A DNA stretch of 64,000 nt from Phycisphaeraceae bacterium (GCA_023898685.1 CP060234.1:2569945-2633944), one strand, 5' to 3'. Numbered from the stretch's first letter, positions 17,209 to 27,097 are shown. Notes: a model not told the origin generated them from the letters alone. Numbers and translations are program-made.

Positions 17209-17991
17209 CTACGACCCCTGACTGCCTTCGGTCTCGGGCCTCGCCCGATTCGCGAACCTGCACCGGCGCAGACCGAGCCAGGCGAAGACTTCAAAGAACA
17301 GGAAGCCCAGTATGGGAGGAAACCAAAAAACCCACGCGACAGCATCGAGCACATCCCAGCCGGTTTCTGAGAAACCCGGGGATTGGTGGGTTCCGTGATC
17401 GATCCAGACCATATCGAGCAATGTCACCGGCACACATGCACAGAGCAGCAGGCCTGTTCCCGACACACCCGCGATCCAACCGGAGCAGCCGAACGACGTG
17501 ACGGTGACCGCGACCGCCTTCGTGAGGCGCGCACCCTTCGTTCTCCCGAGCACGCACAGCCCTTCACATTCGAGAAGTGTCAAGAAAGCGAGAAGAACGG
17601 CGATCCCGGCCGTCGCACAGGGCAGGACAATGAACGCAAAGAGCGGTCGCACCGGACCACGTACCAGCGGCGCCGCCGCGACCGCCAGTGGGAGTCCGAT
17701 TAGCGCACCTGAGACAAGGAGCGCTCGCCACCGGAAGGACCGGACGGATCGTTCATCGATCTGCATCACCGCGATCGTCCCGAGCGGGTGACGCAGTGTT
17801 GAGACGACGGTGCGCACAAAAGAGCGCCACGTCGGTGCCCGCTGCCAGGCTGTCCCTTCCCTCCGCTCCGGCAGGCTCTCCGCCACCGGTTTCGCGCACT
17901 CCGGGCACGCCCCCTCGCGCGGCAGGCCCTCGATGACGTAGCCGCACTTCTCGCACAGAAGCGTGTACTCGTCGATCCCGTCGCGCATCAC
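17209..17991 (-). CDS. Membrane protein with N-terminal zinc-ribbon (CxxC...CxxC) and ~5 TM helices, function unknown
   Basis: LLCEKCGYVIEGLPREGACPECAKPV is followed by several hydrophobic helices (ALLVSGALIGLPLAVAAAPLV, FAFIVLPCATAGIAVLLAFLTLL, and others). Codon usage is coherent. I recognise no family. Confidence 0.5.
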   Translation of the reverse strand: MMRDGIDEYTLLCEKCGYVIEGLPREGACPECAKPVAESLPERREGTAWQRAPTWRSFVRTVVSTLRHPLGTIAVMQIDERSVRSFRWRALLVSGALIGLPLAVAAAPLVRGPVRPLFAFIVLPCATAGIAVLLAFLTLLECEGLCVLGRTKGARLTKAVAVTVTSFGCSGWIAGVSGTGLLLCACVPVTLLDMVWIDHGTHQSPGFSETGWDVLDAVAWVFWFPPILGFLFFEVFAWLGLRRCRFANRARPETEGSQGS

Positions 17992-18201
17992 CCGAGCCTA
18001 TCCGCGGACGCCCGCGGCGTGTTCCCTTCTCTCCCCGGTCACCGGGGAGCAGCCAGGGGCTGTCGGGCAGGGTGAGGGGCTCCTGAATCTCCATCCCTCC
18101 TCGCTCGCGATCGAGCGGCCGGCGAGTGCGCCCGCTTCACATCCTGCGGATCCCGTCCCCCTCAACCCTCGCCCCCCACCGTCCGATACACTCTCCCTCC
18201 C

Positions 18202-18741
18202 GTGATCACCATCAGACGCATCCAGCCCGGCCACGCCCTCTACCCGCAGGAGACCGCCCTCCGCGAGCGAGTCCTGCTTGCCGGGGCGGGCTACGACTTC
18301 GAGGCGTTTGTCCGCGACTATCCCTACGAGGACGCCGCCGAGCATTTCGTCGCCGTGACCACCCACACCAACTCGGGCGCTCCTGTCGAAGTCGTGATCG
18401 GCACCGCGCTCCTGATCCCGGGTCACCCGGGCCCGGGCGTCGGCAAGGTCACCCAGGTCGTCGTCGACCCGCAGCGCCAGGGCGAGGGCATCGGCCGCCG
18501 GCTCATGGTCACCATCGAGTCCCGCGCCTTCGGCGAATTGGGCTTGCTCGAGGTCTACTGCCACGCGCAGAACACCGCGATGGGCTTCTACGCCCGACTC
18601 GGCTGGGGCGTCGAGGGCGCCGAATTCGTCGAGGCCGGCATCCCCCACCACAAGATGTGCATCCGTCACCCGGGCGGCGAGCGCGTCGCCTGCCCCCCGC
18701 CCCAGATCGGGCCTGATCTGGATCTCACGAGTCCGGATTAG
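18202..18741 (+). CDS. GNAT-family N-acetyltransferase
   Basis: Acetyl-CoA binding motif VVVDPQRQGEGIGRRLM (Q/RxxGxG). Length and secondary-structure pattern are GNAT-like. GTG start. Confidence 0.75.
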   Translation: MITIRRIQPGHALYPQETALRERVLLAGAGYDFEAFVRDYPYEDAAEHFVAVTTHTNSGAPVEVVIGTALLIPGHPGPGVGKVTQVVVDPQRQGEGIGRRLMVTIESRAFGELGLLEVYCHAQNTAMGFYARLGWGVEGAEFVEAGIPHHKMCIRHPGGERVACPPPQIGPDLDLTSPD

Positions 18742-18799
18742 ACCGGTTTCTGTCGGGTTTGTGCTGGCGGGGGGCGTCCCGGCCCGGAATAATCGGGCG

Positions 18800-19303
18800 A
18801 TGGCCGGTGAGCGTGAATCCAACACGAATGACCCGGGAGATACGTGCTGCCGCAGCGAGCGGCTCCGCGCGTTCTTCCGCGAGCACGGACTGCGTTGCAC
18901 CCGCCAGCGAGAACTGATCTACGCCGCCCTGGCTGAGACGAAGTCGCATCCCACGGCCGAGGAGTTGTTCCAGGCGGTCCGGGTCGACGAGCCGGGGCTG
19001 AGCCTGGCGACGGTGTACAACACGCTGGACGTGTTCACGGAGCGCGGAATCTGCCGGCGCTTGCCCGCCGCCCAGGGCAACGGGCCGTCGCGGTACGACA
19101 CAGACATCGACCAGCATGTCCACATCCTGCTCGACGATGGGCGCGTCTTCGATGTGCCCGACGACCTCGCTCGGATGCTCGAGGAAAGCCTGCCCCCCCA
19201 ATTCGTGGCAGACATCGAGAGCCGCCTGGGCATCATGCTCACGGGATTCCACCTCCAGCTTTCGGGCCGGGCGGCGAAAACATCGGGCATCCCCCTGAAA
19301 TAA
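18800..19303 (+). CDS. Fur-family transcriptional regulator (cysteine-less variant)
   Basis: A winged-helix region typical of Fur: LRCTRQRELIYAALAETKSHPTAEELFQAV...LSLATVYNTLDVFTERGI. The C-terminal domain has DQHVHILLDDGRVFDV where HHHxxCxxCG is usual, and there are no CxxC pairs. Confidence 0.65.
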   Translation: MAGERESNTNDPGDTCCRSERLRAFFREHGLRCTRQRELIYAALAETKSHPTAEELFQAVRVDEPGLSLATVYNTLDVFTERGICRRLPAAQGNGPSRYDTDIDQHVHILLDDGRVFDVPDDLARMLEESLPPQFVADIESRLGIMLTGFHLQLSGRAAKTSGIPLK

Positions 19304-19386
19304 CACAACGATCTTGAGTTGCCTAGCCGATCGTCCGATTATTGAGGTACGAGCGAGGGAGAGTTCGTCAACGATCGGAGCGCACC

Positions 19387-20947
<1,561 letters not shown>

Positions 20948-21018
20948 GTTCGCTTCGCGCCAGAGCTTCGGTGGGATGGCGTTGTTCAGATTCACCATGA
21001 TCTGATACCGTATGTGCT

Positions 21019-21346
21019 ATGTCGAATGCATATCACGAACTACAACTTGATGAGCTAGACAGGGTTTCGGTCCAGTTGCTCTTGGATGGGGGGATGGCCG
21101 ACAGAGGGGAGATTCGTGCTGGTGACCTGGCCGCTGCCTTGCAGGGCTGGGAGCGCCTGTTACAGATCTCGCAGCATTCCCTCGATACCGCCGAATTGAG
21201 ACTCCCGAAACGGGAATCGCACTACAGGCTTCAACTACACGTAAGGCGATGCCGCCAAGGGTCAGTAATCGTTGATGGCGCGATCTGGCTGGGGGACGCT
21301 GCGGCATCTGGGTTAGTTCAGCTGGCGGCAGGCTGCGCGATCGTTA
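21019..21346 (+). pseudogene. Orphan lower-GC ORF truncated by IS insertion
   Basis: The ORF (MSNAYHELQLDELDRVSVQLLLDGG...) runs directly into the IS inverted repeat at 21347. The region 20950-21346 is visibly AT-richer than the rest of the window. I recognise no family. Confidence 0.3.
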
Positions 21347-22147
21347 AGACCCTGTTTCATAACCCCACCCCGGGAGTTTGCCGAGGCAGACGATCGCGGC
21401 GGCGAGGGTGAGGAACGCCTGATGGATGTCGGACCGACGCTCCCATCTGGTCCGCAGACGACGGAACTGGTGCAGCCAGCTCAGCGTCCGCTCGACCACC
21501 CAGCGCAGCCGGCCCAGACCGCGCCCGTCCGTCCGGCCGCGCACCGGCAGCAGCGGCTCGACGCCGCGGATCCACAGCGAGACCACGCGCTCGCGGGAGT
21601 GGTACGCCTTGTCGGCCACCACCGCACGCGGCCTCCGACGCGCCCGCGGATCGGCGGGATCTTGTCGACCAAACCGATCAGCCGCGTGCCGTCGTTGACG
21701 TTCGCGGCCGTGGTCTCGACGACGATCGGCACGCCGTGGCGATCCGTCAGCGTGTGGTGTTTCGAGCCGTTTTTCCCGCGATCCGTGGGGTTCGGGCCGG
21801 TGTCGGCCCCCTTTTGAGCGCGCCCGGACCGAGGCCGAGTCGACGACGGCGAGCGAGAGATCGACCCGGCCGTGCGCGTTCAGCTCGGCGAGCAGTTCCT
21901 CGAGCAGCCTGTCCCAGACGCCGGCCTGTTTCCAGTCACGCAGCCGCCGCCAGCATGTCGACCCGCTGACGCCGAGTTCGGCGGGCAGCTCGCCCCACTG
22001 GATGCCGGTCTTGAGGACGAAGACGATGCCGGCGAGGCAGAGCCGGTCGTCGACACGGGGCCTGCCGCCGCGCGGGTCCGGCGGCGATTGGGGAATCATC
22101 GGCTCGACCCGCTTCCACAACTCGTCGGTGACCAGTCGCCGTTTCAT
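21344..22147 (-). pseudogene. IS5-family DDE transposase with two compensating frameshifts
   Basis: The N-terminus (MKRRLVTDELWKRVEPMIP...VVDSASVRA) and C-terminus (PRAVVADKAYHS...LRWVVERTLSWLHQFRRLRTRWERR) are in one frame. The conserved middle (QKGADTGPNPTDRGKNGSKHHTLTDRHGVPIVVETTAANVNDGTRLIGLVDKIPPIRGRVGGR) is in another frame between ~21815 and ~21632. The stop codon TAA (21346-21344) uses flanking target bases. Confidence 0.65.
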
Positions 22148-22235
22148 GCGTCAGCCCTCCTTGGCCGACGCGCATCATCCCGCCGTCAACGGGAGGGCGC
22201 AAGCGCCCCGTTCAGGGGGTTTTGAAACAGGGTCT
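21347..22235 (-). mobile_element. IS5-family insertion sequence (IS427/IS1031-like size class), 889 bp
   Basis: Terminal inverted repeats AGACCCTGTTTCATAACCCC (21347-) and AGACCCTGTTTCAAAACCCC (reverse complement of -22235), with 1 mismatch in 20. It is flanked by TA/TA (21345-46 and 22236-37). It encodes a DDE transposase of the DUF4096/IS5 type. Confidence 0.85.
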
Positions 22236-22243
22236 TAGGGCCA

Positions 22244-22344
22244 GGCGCCACGACTCGCTATCTTCGGCGCATTGGCACCATCGCTCGAATGGCGATGTTC
22301 ACCTGGGAGCACCGCTGCTCCGAAGCCAGCGGGCAGTGGCACCC
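22244..22344. repeat. REP-C MITE-like element (copy 1, diverged)
   Basis: ~101 nt with termini GGCGCCACGACTCGC...CAGTGGCACCC. It is homologous to 22521-22624 and, inverted, to 24915-25011. Confidence 0.7.
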
Positions 22345-22374
22345 GCCCCGCTCTCTTGCATCGCGGTGCTGGAC

Positions 22375-22400
22375 GAGCCGCGGGCGCGAGCCCGCGGAGC
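22375..22400. repeat. REP-B single unit (copy 3)
   Basis: GAGCCGCGGGCGCGAGCCCGCGGAGC, identical to unit 1 at 15070 and 25429. Confidence 0.7.
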
Positions 22401-22431
22401 GGCGTGTCCTTCGGGCGAGTCATTCGAGAAA

Positions 22432-22517
22432 GAGTCCCGAGCACCATCGACGGGCCGAAGTCCAAGGGCGAAAGCGGACGCTTTTCCGCCCGACCCATCG
22501 CTCGCGTACCAGGCTCC
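22432..22517. repeat. REP-A element (degenerate copy)
   Basis: GAGTCCCGAGCACCATCGACGGGCCG, a loop, then CGCCCGACCCATCGCTCGCGTACCAGGCTCC. It keeps the REP-A arm architecture with several substitutions. Confidence 0.55.
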
Positions 22518-22520
22518 TCC

Positions 22521-22624
22521 GGGGTGCCACGACTCGCCGCCTTCGGCGCAGTCGTGCCATCGCCCTGAGGGCGATATTCGCCCAGGAGCACTGCTGCGCC
22601 GAAGACGGCGAGCAGTGGCACCCC
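22521..22624. repeat. REP-C MITE-like element (copy 2, best preserved)
   Basis: 104 nt. GGGGTGCCACGACTCGCCGCCTTCGGCGCAGTCGTGCC ... central hairpin CATCGCCCTGAGGGCGAT ... GAGCACTGCTGCGCCGAAGACGGCGAGCAGTGGCACCCC. The terminal ~38 nt are inverted repeats of each other. Confidence 0.8.
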
Positions 22625-22655
22625 CGGATGCTCTGAGTCGGAGCGAGTACCGACG

Positions 22656-23753
22656 CTATCCCGTCACACTCTCCCCCCCGAACAACCTCTTTCCCAGCCA
22701 AAGCGACACCCCCACCAGCGAGATCAGCACCGGCACCTCCACCAGGGGCCCGACGACCGTCGCGAACGCGACGCCCGAGCCCAGGCCGAAGACGGCGATG
22801 GCGACCGCGATCGCCAGCTCGAAGTTGTTGCCCGACGCCGTGAACGCGAGCGTCGCGGCCCGCTCGTAGTCCGCGCCGACCTTCCTGGCCATCAGGAAGC
22901 TGACGAAGAACATCACGACGAAGTAGATCGTCAGCGGGACGGCGATGCGCAGGATGTCCAGCGGGAGCGCGACAATCCGGTCGCCCTTGAGGCTGAACAT
23001 GACGAGGATCGTCAGCAGCAGCGCAACCAGTGTGATCGGCGCGATCTTCGGGAGGAACCGCCGGGTGTACCACGCGTCGCCCTTGATCGGCCGCAGGATG
23101 AAACGTGTGCCCATCCCCGCCAGGAACGGGATGCCGAGGTAGATCATCACGCTGCGGAAGACCTCGCCGATCGAGATGTCCACCACCGCGCCCTCGAGGC
23201 CAAGCAGCGGCGGGAGCCACGTGATAAACACCCACGCGTAGAGCCCGAAGAACAGCACCTGGAAGATGCTGTTGAAGGCGACGAGCCCGGCCGCGTAGTC
23301 GCTGCTGCCCCGCGCCAGGTCGTTCCAGACCAGCACCATCGCGATGCACCGCGCCAGCCCCACCAGGATCAGCCCGACCATGTAGTCCGGGTGATCTCGC
23401 AGCAGCAGCACGGCCAGGACGAACATCAACGCCGGTCCGACGATCCAGTTCTGCACGAGCGAGAGCGTCAGGACCTTCCAGTCACGGAAGATCTCCGGGA
23501 GCTTCTCGTACCGCACCTTCGCCAGCGGCGGGTACATCATCAGGATCAGGCCGATCGCGATCGGGATGTTGGTCGTCCCGACCGAGACGCGGTCGAGCGC
23601 GCCGCTGACGCCCGGCACGAACCGCCCGATCAGCACCCCCGCCGCCATCGCGGCGAAGATCCACAGCGTCAGGAACCGGTCGAGGAACCCGAGCCTCTTC
23701 GGACGCGCCGCGGCGCACGGCGCGTCGGCGGGATTCATCGCGACATCGCTCAT
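22656..23753 (-). CDS. acr3: Arsenite efflux transporter, ACR3 family
   Basis: 365 aa with ~10 TM helices. ACR3-typical segments: [63 protein letters not shown]. It lies downstream of arsR-arsC. Confidence 0.9.
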   Translation of the reverse strand: MSDVAMNPADAPCAAARPKRLGFLDRFLTLWIFAAMAAGVLIGRFVPGVSGALDRVSVGTTNIPIAIGLILMMYPPLAKVRYEKLPEIFRDWKVLTLSLVQNWIVGPALMFVLAVLLLRDHPDYMVGLILVGLARCIAMVLVWNDLARGSSDYAAGLVAFNSIFQVLFFGLYAWVFITWLPPLLGLEGAVVDISIGEVFRSVMIYLGIPFLAGMGTRFILRPIKGDAWYTRRFLPKIAPITLVALLLTILVMFSLKGDRIVALPLDILRIAVPLTIYFVVMFFVSFLMARKVGADYERAATLAFTASGNNFELAIAVAIAVFGLGSGVAFATVVGPLVEVPVLISLVGVSLWLGKRLFGGESVTG

Positions 23754-24219
23754 CGTGCGGACTCCATCGCATCGAGTTCGAGCATCGCGGGAAGTGTCTC
23801 CACGAACGCCCGGATCTCGTCACGCACGCGCCGGTAGTGGCCCATCGCTTCGTCGTCCGACGCGGCGCCGACCGCGAGTTTGGGCGGGTCGTCGAACCCC
23901 CGGTGAACCACCCGCGTCCGGGGTTCCGCCGCAGATAGACAGGGCAGTGCTCGTTCGCGTGCCCGCAGACCGTCACGACGAGATCCAGCGTCGCCGGGTC
24001 GCACGCCTCGACGGCCTTGCTCGTGTGCGACGAGATGTCCACGCCCGCTTCACGCATCGCCCGCACGGCGAGGGGATTCAGGCCGTGGGGCTCCGTCCCC
24101 GCGCTGCACGCGTCGATGCGATCGCCGACCAGGCTCCTCGCCCACCCCTCGGCCATCTGGCTCCGGCACGAGTTGCCCGTGCAGAGGAACATCACCCGGG
24201 GCTTGCCCGCCTCCGCCAT
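23750..24219 (-). pseudogene. arsC: Arsenate reductase (LMW-PTP / thioredoxin-coupled type) with a single frameshift
   Basis: The N-terminal part [26 protein letters not shown]...[16 protein letters not shown] is in one frame (track ORF 23482-24240). The C-terminal part [20 protein letters not shown]...[16 protein letters not shown] is in another (track ORF 23750-24004). The junction is at ~23930 (TATCTGCGGCGG, apparent 1-nt loss). Its stop overlaps the acr3 start (ATGA). Confidence 0.7.
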
Positions 24220-24220
24220 C

Positions 24221-24616
24221 TCACGCCTTCCCCGGCTCACAGCCGCACCCTTCGTCGCCGCAGCACCCCGTGCCCGTCCACTCCTCGATCGCGTCGGCGA
24301 TCTCGCGGAACCGCCGGGCGAGGTCGGGTGCCGCCTCGTACCAGACCGTCCGCCCTTCCTTCCGCGAGCGGAGCACGCCGGCCCGAGACAAGGCCCCCAG
24401 GTGCCGGGCGACCATCGAGAAATCGACCGAGCAGCACTCGGCGACCTCGGTCACCGAGCACGCCCGCCCACATTTGACAAGGCACGCGAGCACTTTCGCC
24501 CTCGTCGGCTCGCCCAGCGCCTTGAACAGGGCGGGGTCGAGCACGCGGTCGAGCCGCGATCGCCGCCGGGCGGCCTGGCGGGGCGTGGCGGGCGGATGCT
24601 GGAATACTGACGCCAT
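24221..24616 (-). CDS. arsR: ArsR/SmtB-family metalloregulator
   Basis: [65 protein letters not shown] is a winged HTH of the ArsR type. Cys-rich C-terminus [12 protein letters not shown]. The start is taken at ATG 24616. Confidence 0.8.
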   Translation of the reverse strand: MASVFQHPPATPRQAARRRSRLDRVLDPALFKALGEPTRAKVLACLVKCGRACSVTEVAECCSVDFSMVARHLGALSRAGVLRSRKEGRTVWYEAAPDLARRFREIADAIEEWTGTGCCGDEGCGCEPGKA

Positions 24617-24672
24617 GACGCAAGTATTGGTGGGTTGCGTGCACTGGTCAAGCGGTCGTGCTCGCGCCAGGT

Positions 24673-25425
24673 TCACCCGGGCGTCAGCGCCGCCAGCCAC
24701 TCCTTGTTGCCCGTGCCCTTGCCCTTCTTCTTCCCACCCAGCACGGGGCTCTCGACGCAGCCCAGCACGCGCACGCCCAGCCCCGGCATCGCCGCGATGG
24801 CCTCGTCGACCACCGCCGCCGCACGCTCGGGGTCGAGCACGCCCTTGGGCCCCAGCTCCGACTTGTCCACCTCGTAGTGCGGCTTAATCAGCGTGATGAC
24901 CAGGCCAGTCGAAAGGTGGGTGCCACTGCTCGCCGTCTGCGGCGCAGCAGTGCTCGGGGCGGGCGCCGGTCTGCACGACTGCGTCGAAGACGGCGAGTCG
25001 TGGCACCCACCTCGCACCCACCGCAGCGCCGCCGGGATCGCTTTCGCCTGGGGCGTCCAGCCCAGGTCGATCACGACGAGATCCACGCCCCCATGCTCAA
25101 CGACGCCGGACGGGATCTCCGCGTGCAGCGCGTTCGTGCGCTCCATGACGGTCACCCGCTCGTCCTGCCGCAGCTTCCATGCCAGCTCACCGTACGCGGT
25201 ATCGACCGACCACACCCTCGCCGCCCCGCCCTGCAAGAGGCAATCGGTGAACCCACCTGTGCTGCACCCCAGGTCCGCTGCCCACCAGCTCGTCGGGTCG
25301 ATCGAGAACGCGTCGAGCGCGTGCCTCAGCTTCAGCCCGCCCCGGCTGACGAAGGGGTTGTCGTTGGGACCGCTCGGTGTGGATGCACCCGTCACGATCG
25401 CATCATACGAATCGATGCTGCACAT
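24673..25425 (-). CDS. tlyA: TlyA-like rRNA 2'-O-methyltransferase (FtsJ fold, no S4 domain) carrying an in-frame repeat insertion
   Basis: FVSRGGLKLRHALDAFSI...ADLGCSTGGFTDCLLQGGAARVWSVDTAYGELAWKLRQDERVTVMERTNA...LIKPHYEV matches TlyA. A ~36-aa segment (RGGCHDSPSSTQSCRPAPAPSTAAPQTASSGTHLST) has no TlyA counterpart and is encoded by REP-C copy 3. The start is taken at ATG 25425 because the track start reads through REP-B. Confidence 0.75.
   Translation of the reverse strand: MCSIDSYDAIVTGASTPSGPNDNPFVSRGGLKLRHALDAFSIDPTSWWAADLGCSTGGFTDCLLQGGAARVWSVDTAYGELAWKLRQDERVTVMERTNALHAEIPSGVVEHGGVDLVVIDLGWTPQAKAIPAALRWVRGGCHDSPSSTQSCRPAPAPSTAAPQTASSGTHLSTGLVITLIKPHYEVDKSELGPKGVLDPERAAAVVDEAIAAMPGLGVRVLGCVESPVLGGKKKGKGTGNKEWLAALTPG
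24915..25011. repeat. REP-C MITE-like element (copy 3), inside the tlyA coding sequence
   Basis: GGTGGGTGCCACTGCTCGCCGTCTGCGGCGCAGCAGTGCTC...GCACGACTGCGTCGAAGACGGCGAGTCGTGGCACCCACC. It is inverted relative to copies 1 and 2, and its central hairpin is replaced by a shorter GC-rich spacer. Confidence 0.8.
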
Positions 25426-25428
25426 CAC

Positions 25429-25499
25429 GAGCCGCGGGCGCGAGCCCGCGGAGTTCCGCGCCGAAGGCACATCGCTCCGCGGGCTCGCGCCCGCGGCTC
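25429..25499. repeat. REP-B element (inverted dimer, copy 4)
   Basis: GAGCCGCGGGCGCGAGCCCGCGGAG, a 20-nt spacer, then GCTCCGCGGGCTCGCGCCCGCGGCTC (exact reverse complement of the unit). It lies between tlyA and lpxI. Confidence 0.8.
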
Positions 25500-25529
25500 G
25501 TCAGAATGCCGCGATCCGCACAACTCAGG

Positions 25530-26498
25530 TCAGACCTGGTGCACGGGCCTCGCCGCCCGCTCCTCGGCCGCCCGCTTGACCTCGATGTCCTGCTCGGGAA
25601 TCACCGGGGCCGCGGTCTGCGAGGGCGTCACGCCCACGATCGCGATGCCCAGCTTGTCGGCCTTCGCGATCAGATCCTGCCGGTCGAGCATGATCACGTC
25701 GCCCGCCGCGAGCGCCAGGCAGCGCGCCCCGTTGCGGTGCATGTTCTCGAGCGTCCGGGGGCCGACGGTCGGCACGTCGCTCCGCCGGTCGTGACCCGCA
25801 CGCGAACCCTTGCACAGCGTCCACCCCGTCGCCCGGCAGATCTGCCCGACGCGCTCGATCATCCGGTCGGTCCCCTCGATCGCCTCGACCGCGAGCACGT
25901 CGCGGTCGCGCACCGCCAGGGCCTGCCCGATGTCGAGCCGCAGCAGCTCGCCCAGCATGGGCCAGACGAAATCAATGTCCGCCAGTTGCTCGCGCGTCGG
26001 GCGGGTGCGTGTCATCACGCCCGGCTCGGCGAGCTGGTTCGGGATGGGGCTGGTCGAGTCCATGAGCGAGACTCCGTTCCGGTCGAGTTCCTCGGCGATC
26101 GCCCGCAGGATCGCGTGCGACCGCCGGTCGTGGCGGAGATGCTTGAACCAGGCGTAGAAGGTGCGGAAGTCGGGGATGTTTCGCACATACCGCCATGGAT
26201 CGTGGGCGATCTTCGCTTTGTCGATCCGGCCCACCATGATCGCGTGCCGAACGCCCCGCTTTGTGAGGTGCTTCGACCACGACCCGACCCGCAGCAGCGG
26301 CACCTCGACGAACGTAGTGCTGATCGCCGGCAGCTCCGGCTCGAACTGCCGCGCGAGTCCCAGCGTGTGCACCGTGTGCCCCGCCGAGCGCAGACTCTCC
26401 GCGATCAGCACCGGCAGTCGGCCCCCACCGGCAATCAGGCCGATCGGGGTCGGCGGCGGTGGCGGGTCTGGCAGGATGGCGAGTTGGGGCTCGTTCAT
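25530..26498 (-). CDS. lpxI: UDP-2,3-diacylglucosamine hydrolase LpxI (DUF1009)
   Basis: N-terminal IGLIAGGGRLPVL and C-terminal LCKGSRAGHDRRSDVPTVGPRTLENM...GARCLALAAGDVIMLD match the LpxI pattern as I recall it (K..QD.R.D.P.IG). Confidence 0.7.
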   Translation of the reverse strand: MNEPQLAILPDPPPPPTPIGLIAGGGRLPVLIAESLRSAGHTVHTLGLARQFEPELPAISTTFVEVPLLRVGSWSKHLTKRGVRHAIMVGRIDKAKIAHDPWRYVRNIPDFRTFYAWFKHLRHDRRSHAILRAIAEELDRNGVSLMDSTSPIPNQLAEPGVMTRTRPTREQLADIDFVWPMLGELLRLDIGQALAVRDRDVLAVEAIEGTDRMIERVGQICRATGWTLCKGSRAGHDRRSDVPTVGPRTLENMHRNGARCLALAAGDVIMLDRQDLIAKADKLGIAIVGVTPSQTAAPVIPEQDIEVKRAAEERAARPVHQV

Positions 26499-26705
26499 GA
26501 GCGGGTGGCCCGCATTCGGCGCGGGGGCCCAGAGTTTAGCGCATCCGCAACCGAATCGCCGAAATCCTCATGCGGATCTGAATTTCGACCCGCTTTTCCA
26601 AGGCTGGATCGCTACAAGTGGTATCGGACGTTCTCCACAATACCAAATACGGCCAAGAGTTGTGCGGACCGCGTCTTTCAGTGGGCCCTAATTAGGGGGA
26701 TCGCA

Positions 26706-26936
26706 TTGGCGTCGACTCAGCACGGAAAGCCAAAACGCCCCGCCGAGCCCTCAAATGCCCACGCCGGCAACCCCTGGATCGGTGTTCGGTTCACCTGCGC
26801 CCGCGCCTATGTCAGGGTCTACCGGAAGCCCGAGGCCCCGGTTTACCTCGCCCGATGCCCCAAGTGCGGCCAGTGCGTCCGCTTCCGCGTCGGCGCGGGC
26901 GGCACCAGCGCCCGATTCTTCGAGGTCAGTTGCTGA
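26706..26936 (+). CDS. Small (76 aa) zinc-ribbon-like protein, hypothetical
   Basis: TTG at 26706 is preceded by AGGGGGA (26693-26699). The product ...NPWIGVRFTCARAYVRVYRKPEAPVYLARCPKCGQCVRFRVGAGGTSARFFEVSC has a CPKCG knuckle. This is the C-terminal piece of an otherwise implausible 519-aa track ORF. It follows a lower-GC divergent promoter region. Confidence 0.35.
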   Translation: MASTQHGKPKRPAEPSNAHAGNPWIGVRFTCARAYVRVYRKPEAPVYLARCPKCGQCVRFRVGAGGTSARFFEVSC

Positions 26937-26967
26937 CGACCCGCGACGCCCGGATTCCACACCCGAA

Positions 26968-27054
26968 GGAGCCCCGAGCGCGAGCGACGGGTCGAGCGAG
27001 CAAGGGCCCCCGATCGCTCCCTCATACCGGCCCATCGCTCACGCTCGGGGCTCC
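26968..27054. repeat. REP-A palindromic element (copy 6)
   Basis: GGAGCCCCGAGCGCGAGCGACGGGTCG, a loop, then CGGCCCATCGCTCACGCTCGGGGCTCC. Confidence 0.8.
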
Positions 27055-27097
27055 TTTCCAGACCTCACACACCTCGCCCACCCGATACAGTCCCCGC

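Noticed and set aside
21812-21822. Programmed ribosomal frameshift in the IS transposase at CTCAAAAGGGGG
   Set aside because: The conserved downstream sequence is in the +1 frame, not -1. A second shift back is also required 180 nt later. This pattern fits indel mutations or errors better than a programmed event.
22244-22624. Possible CRISPR array because of clustered repeats
   Set aside because: The elements belong to three different families. They are palindromic and of unequal length. They are not separated by uniform unique spacers, and no cas genes are nearby.
22222-22869. 215-aa plus-strand ORF
   Set aside because: Its first ~135 codons are a read-through of four repeat elements and the rest is antisense to acr3. 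It has no coding signature.
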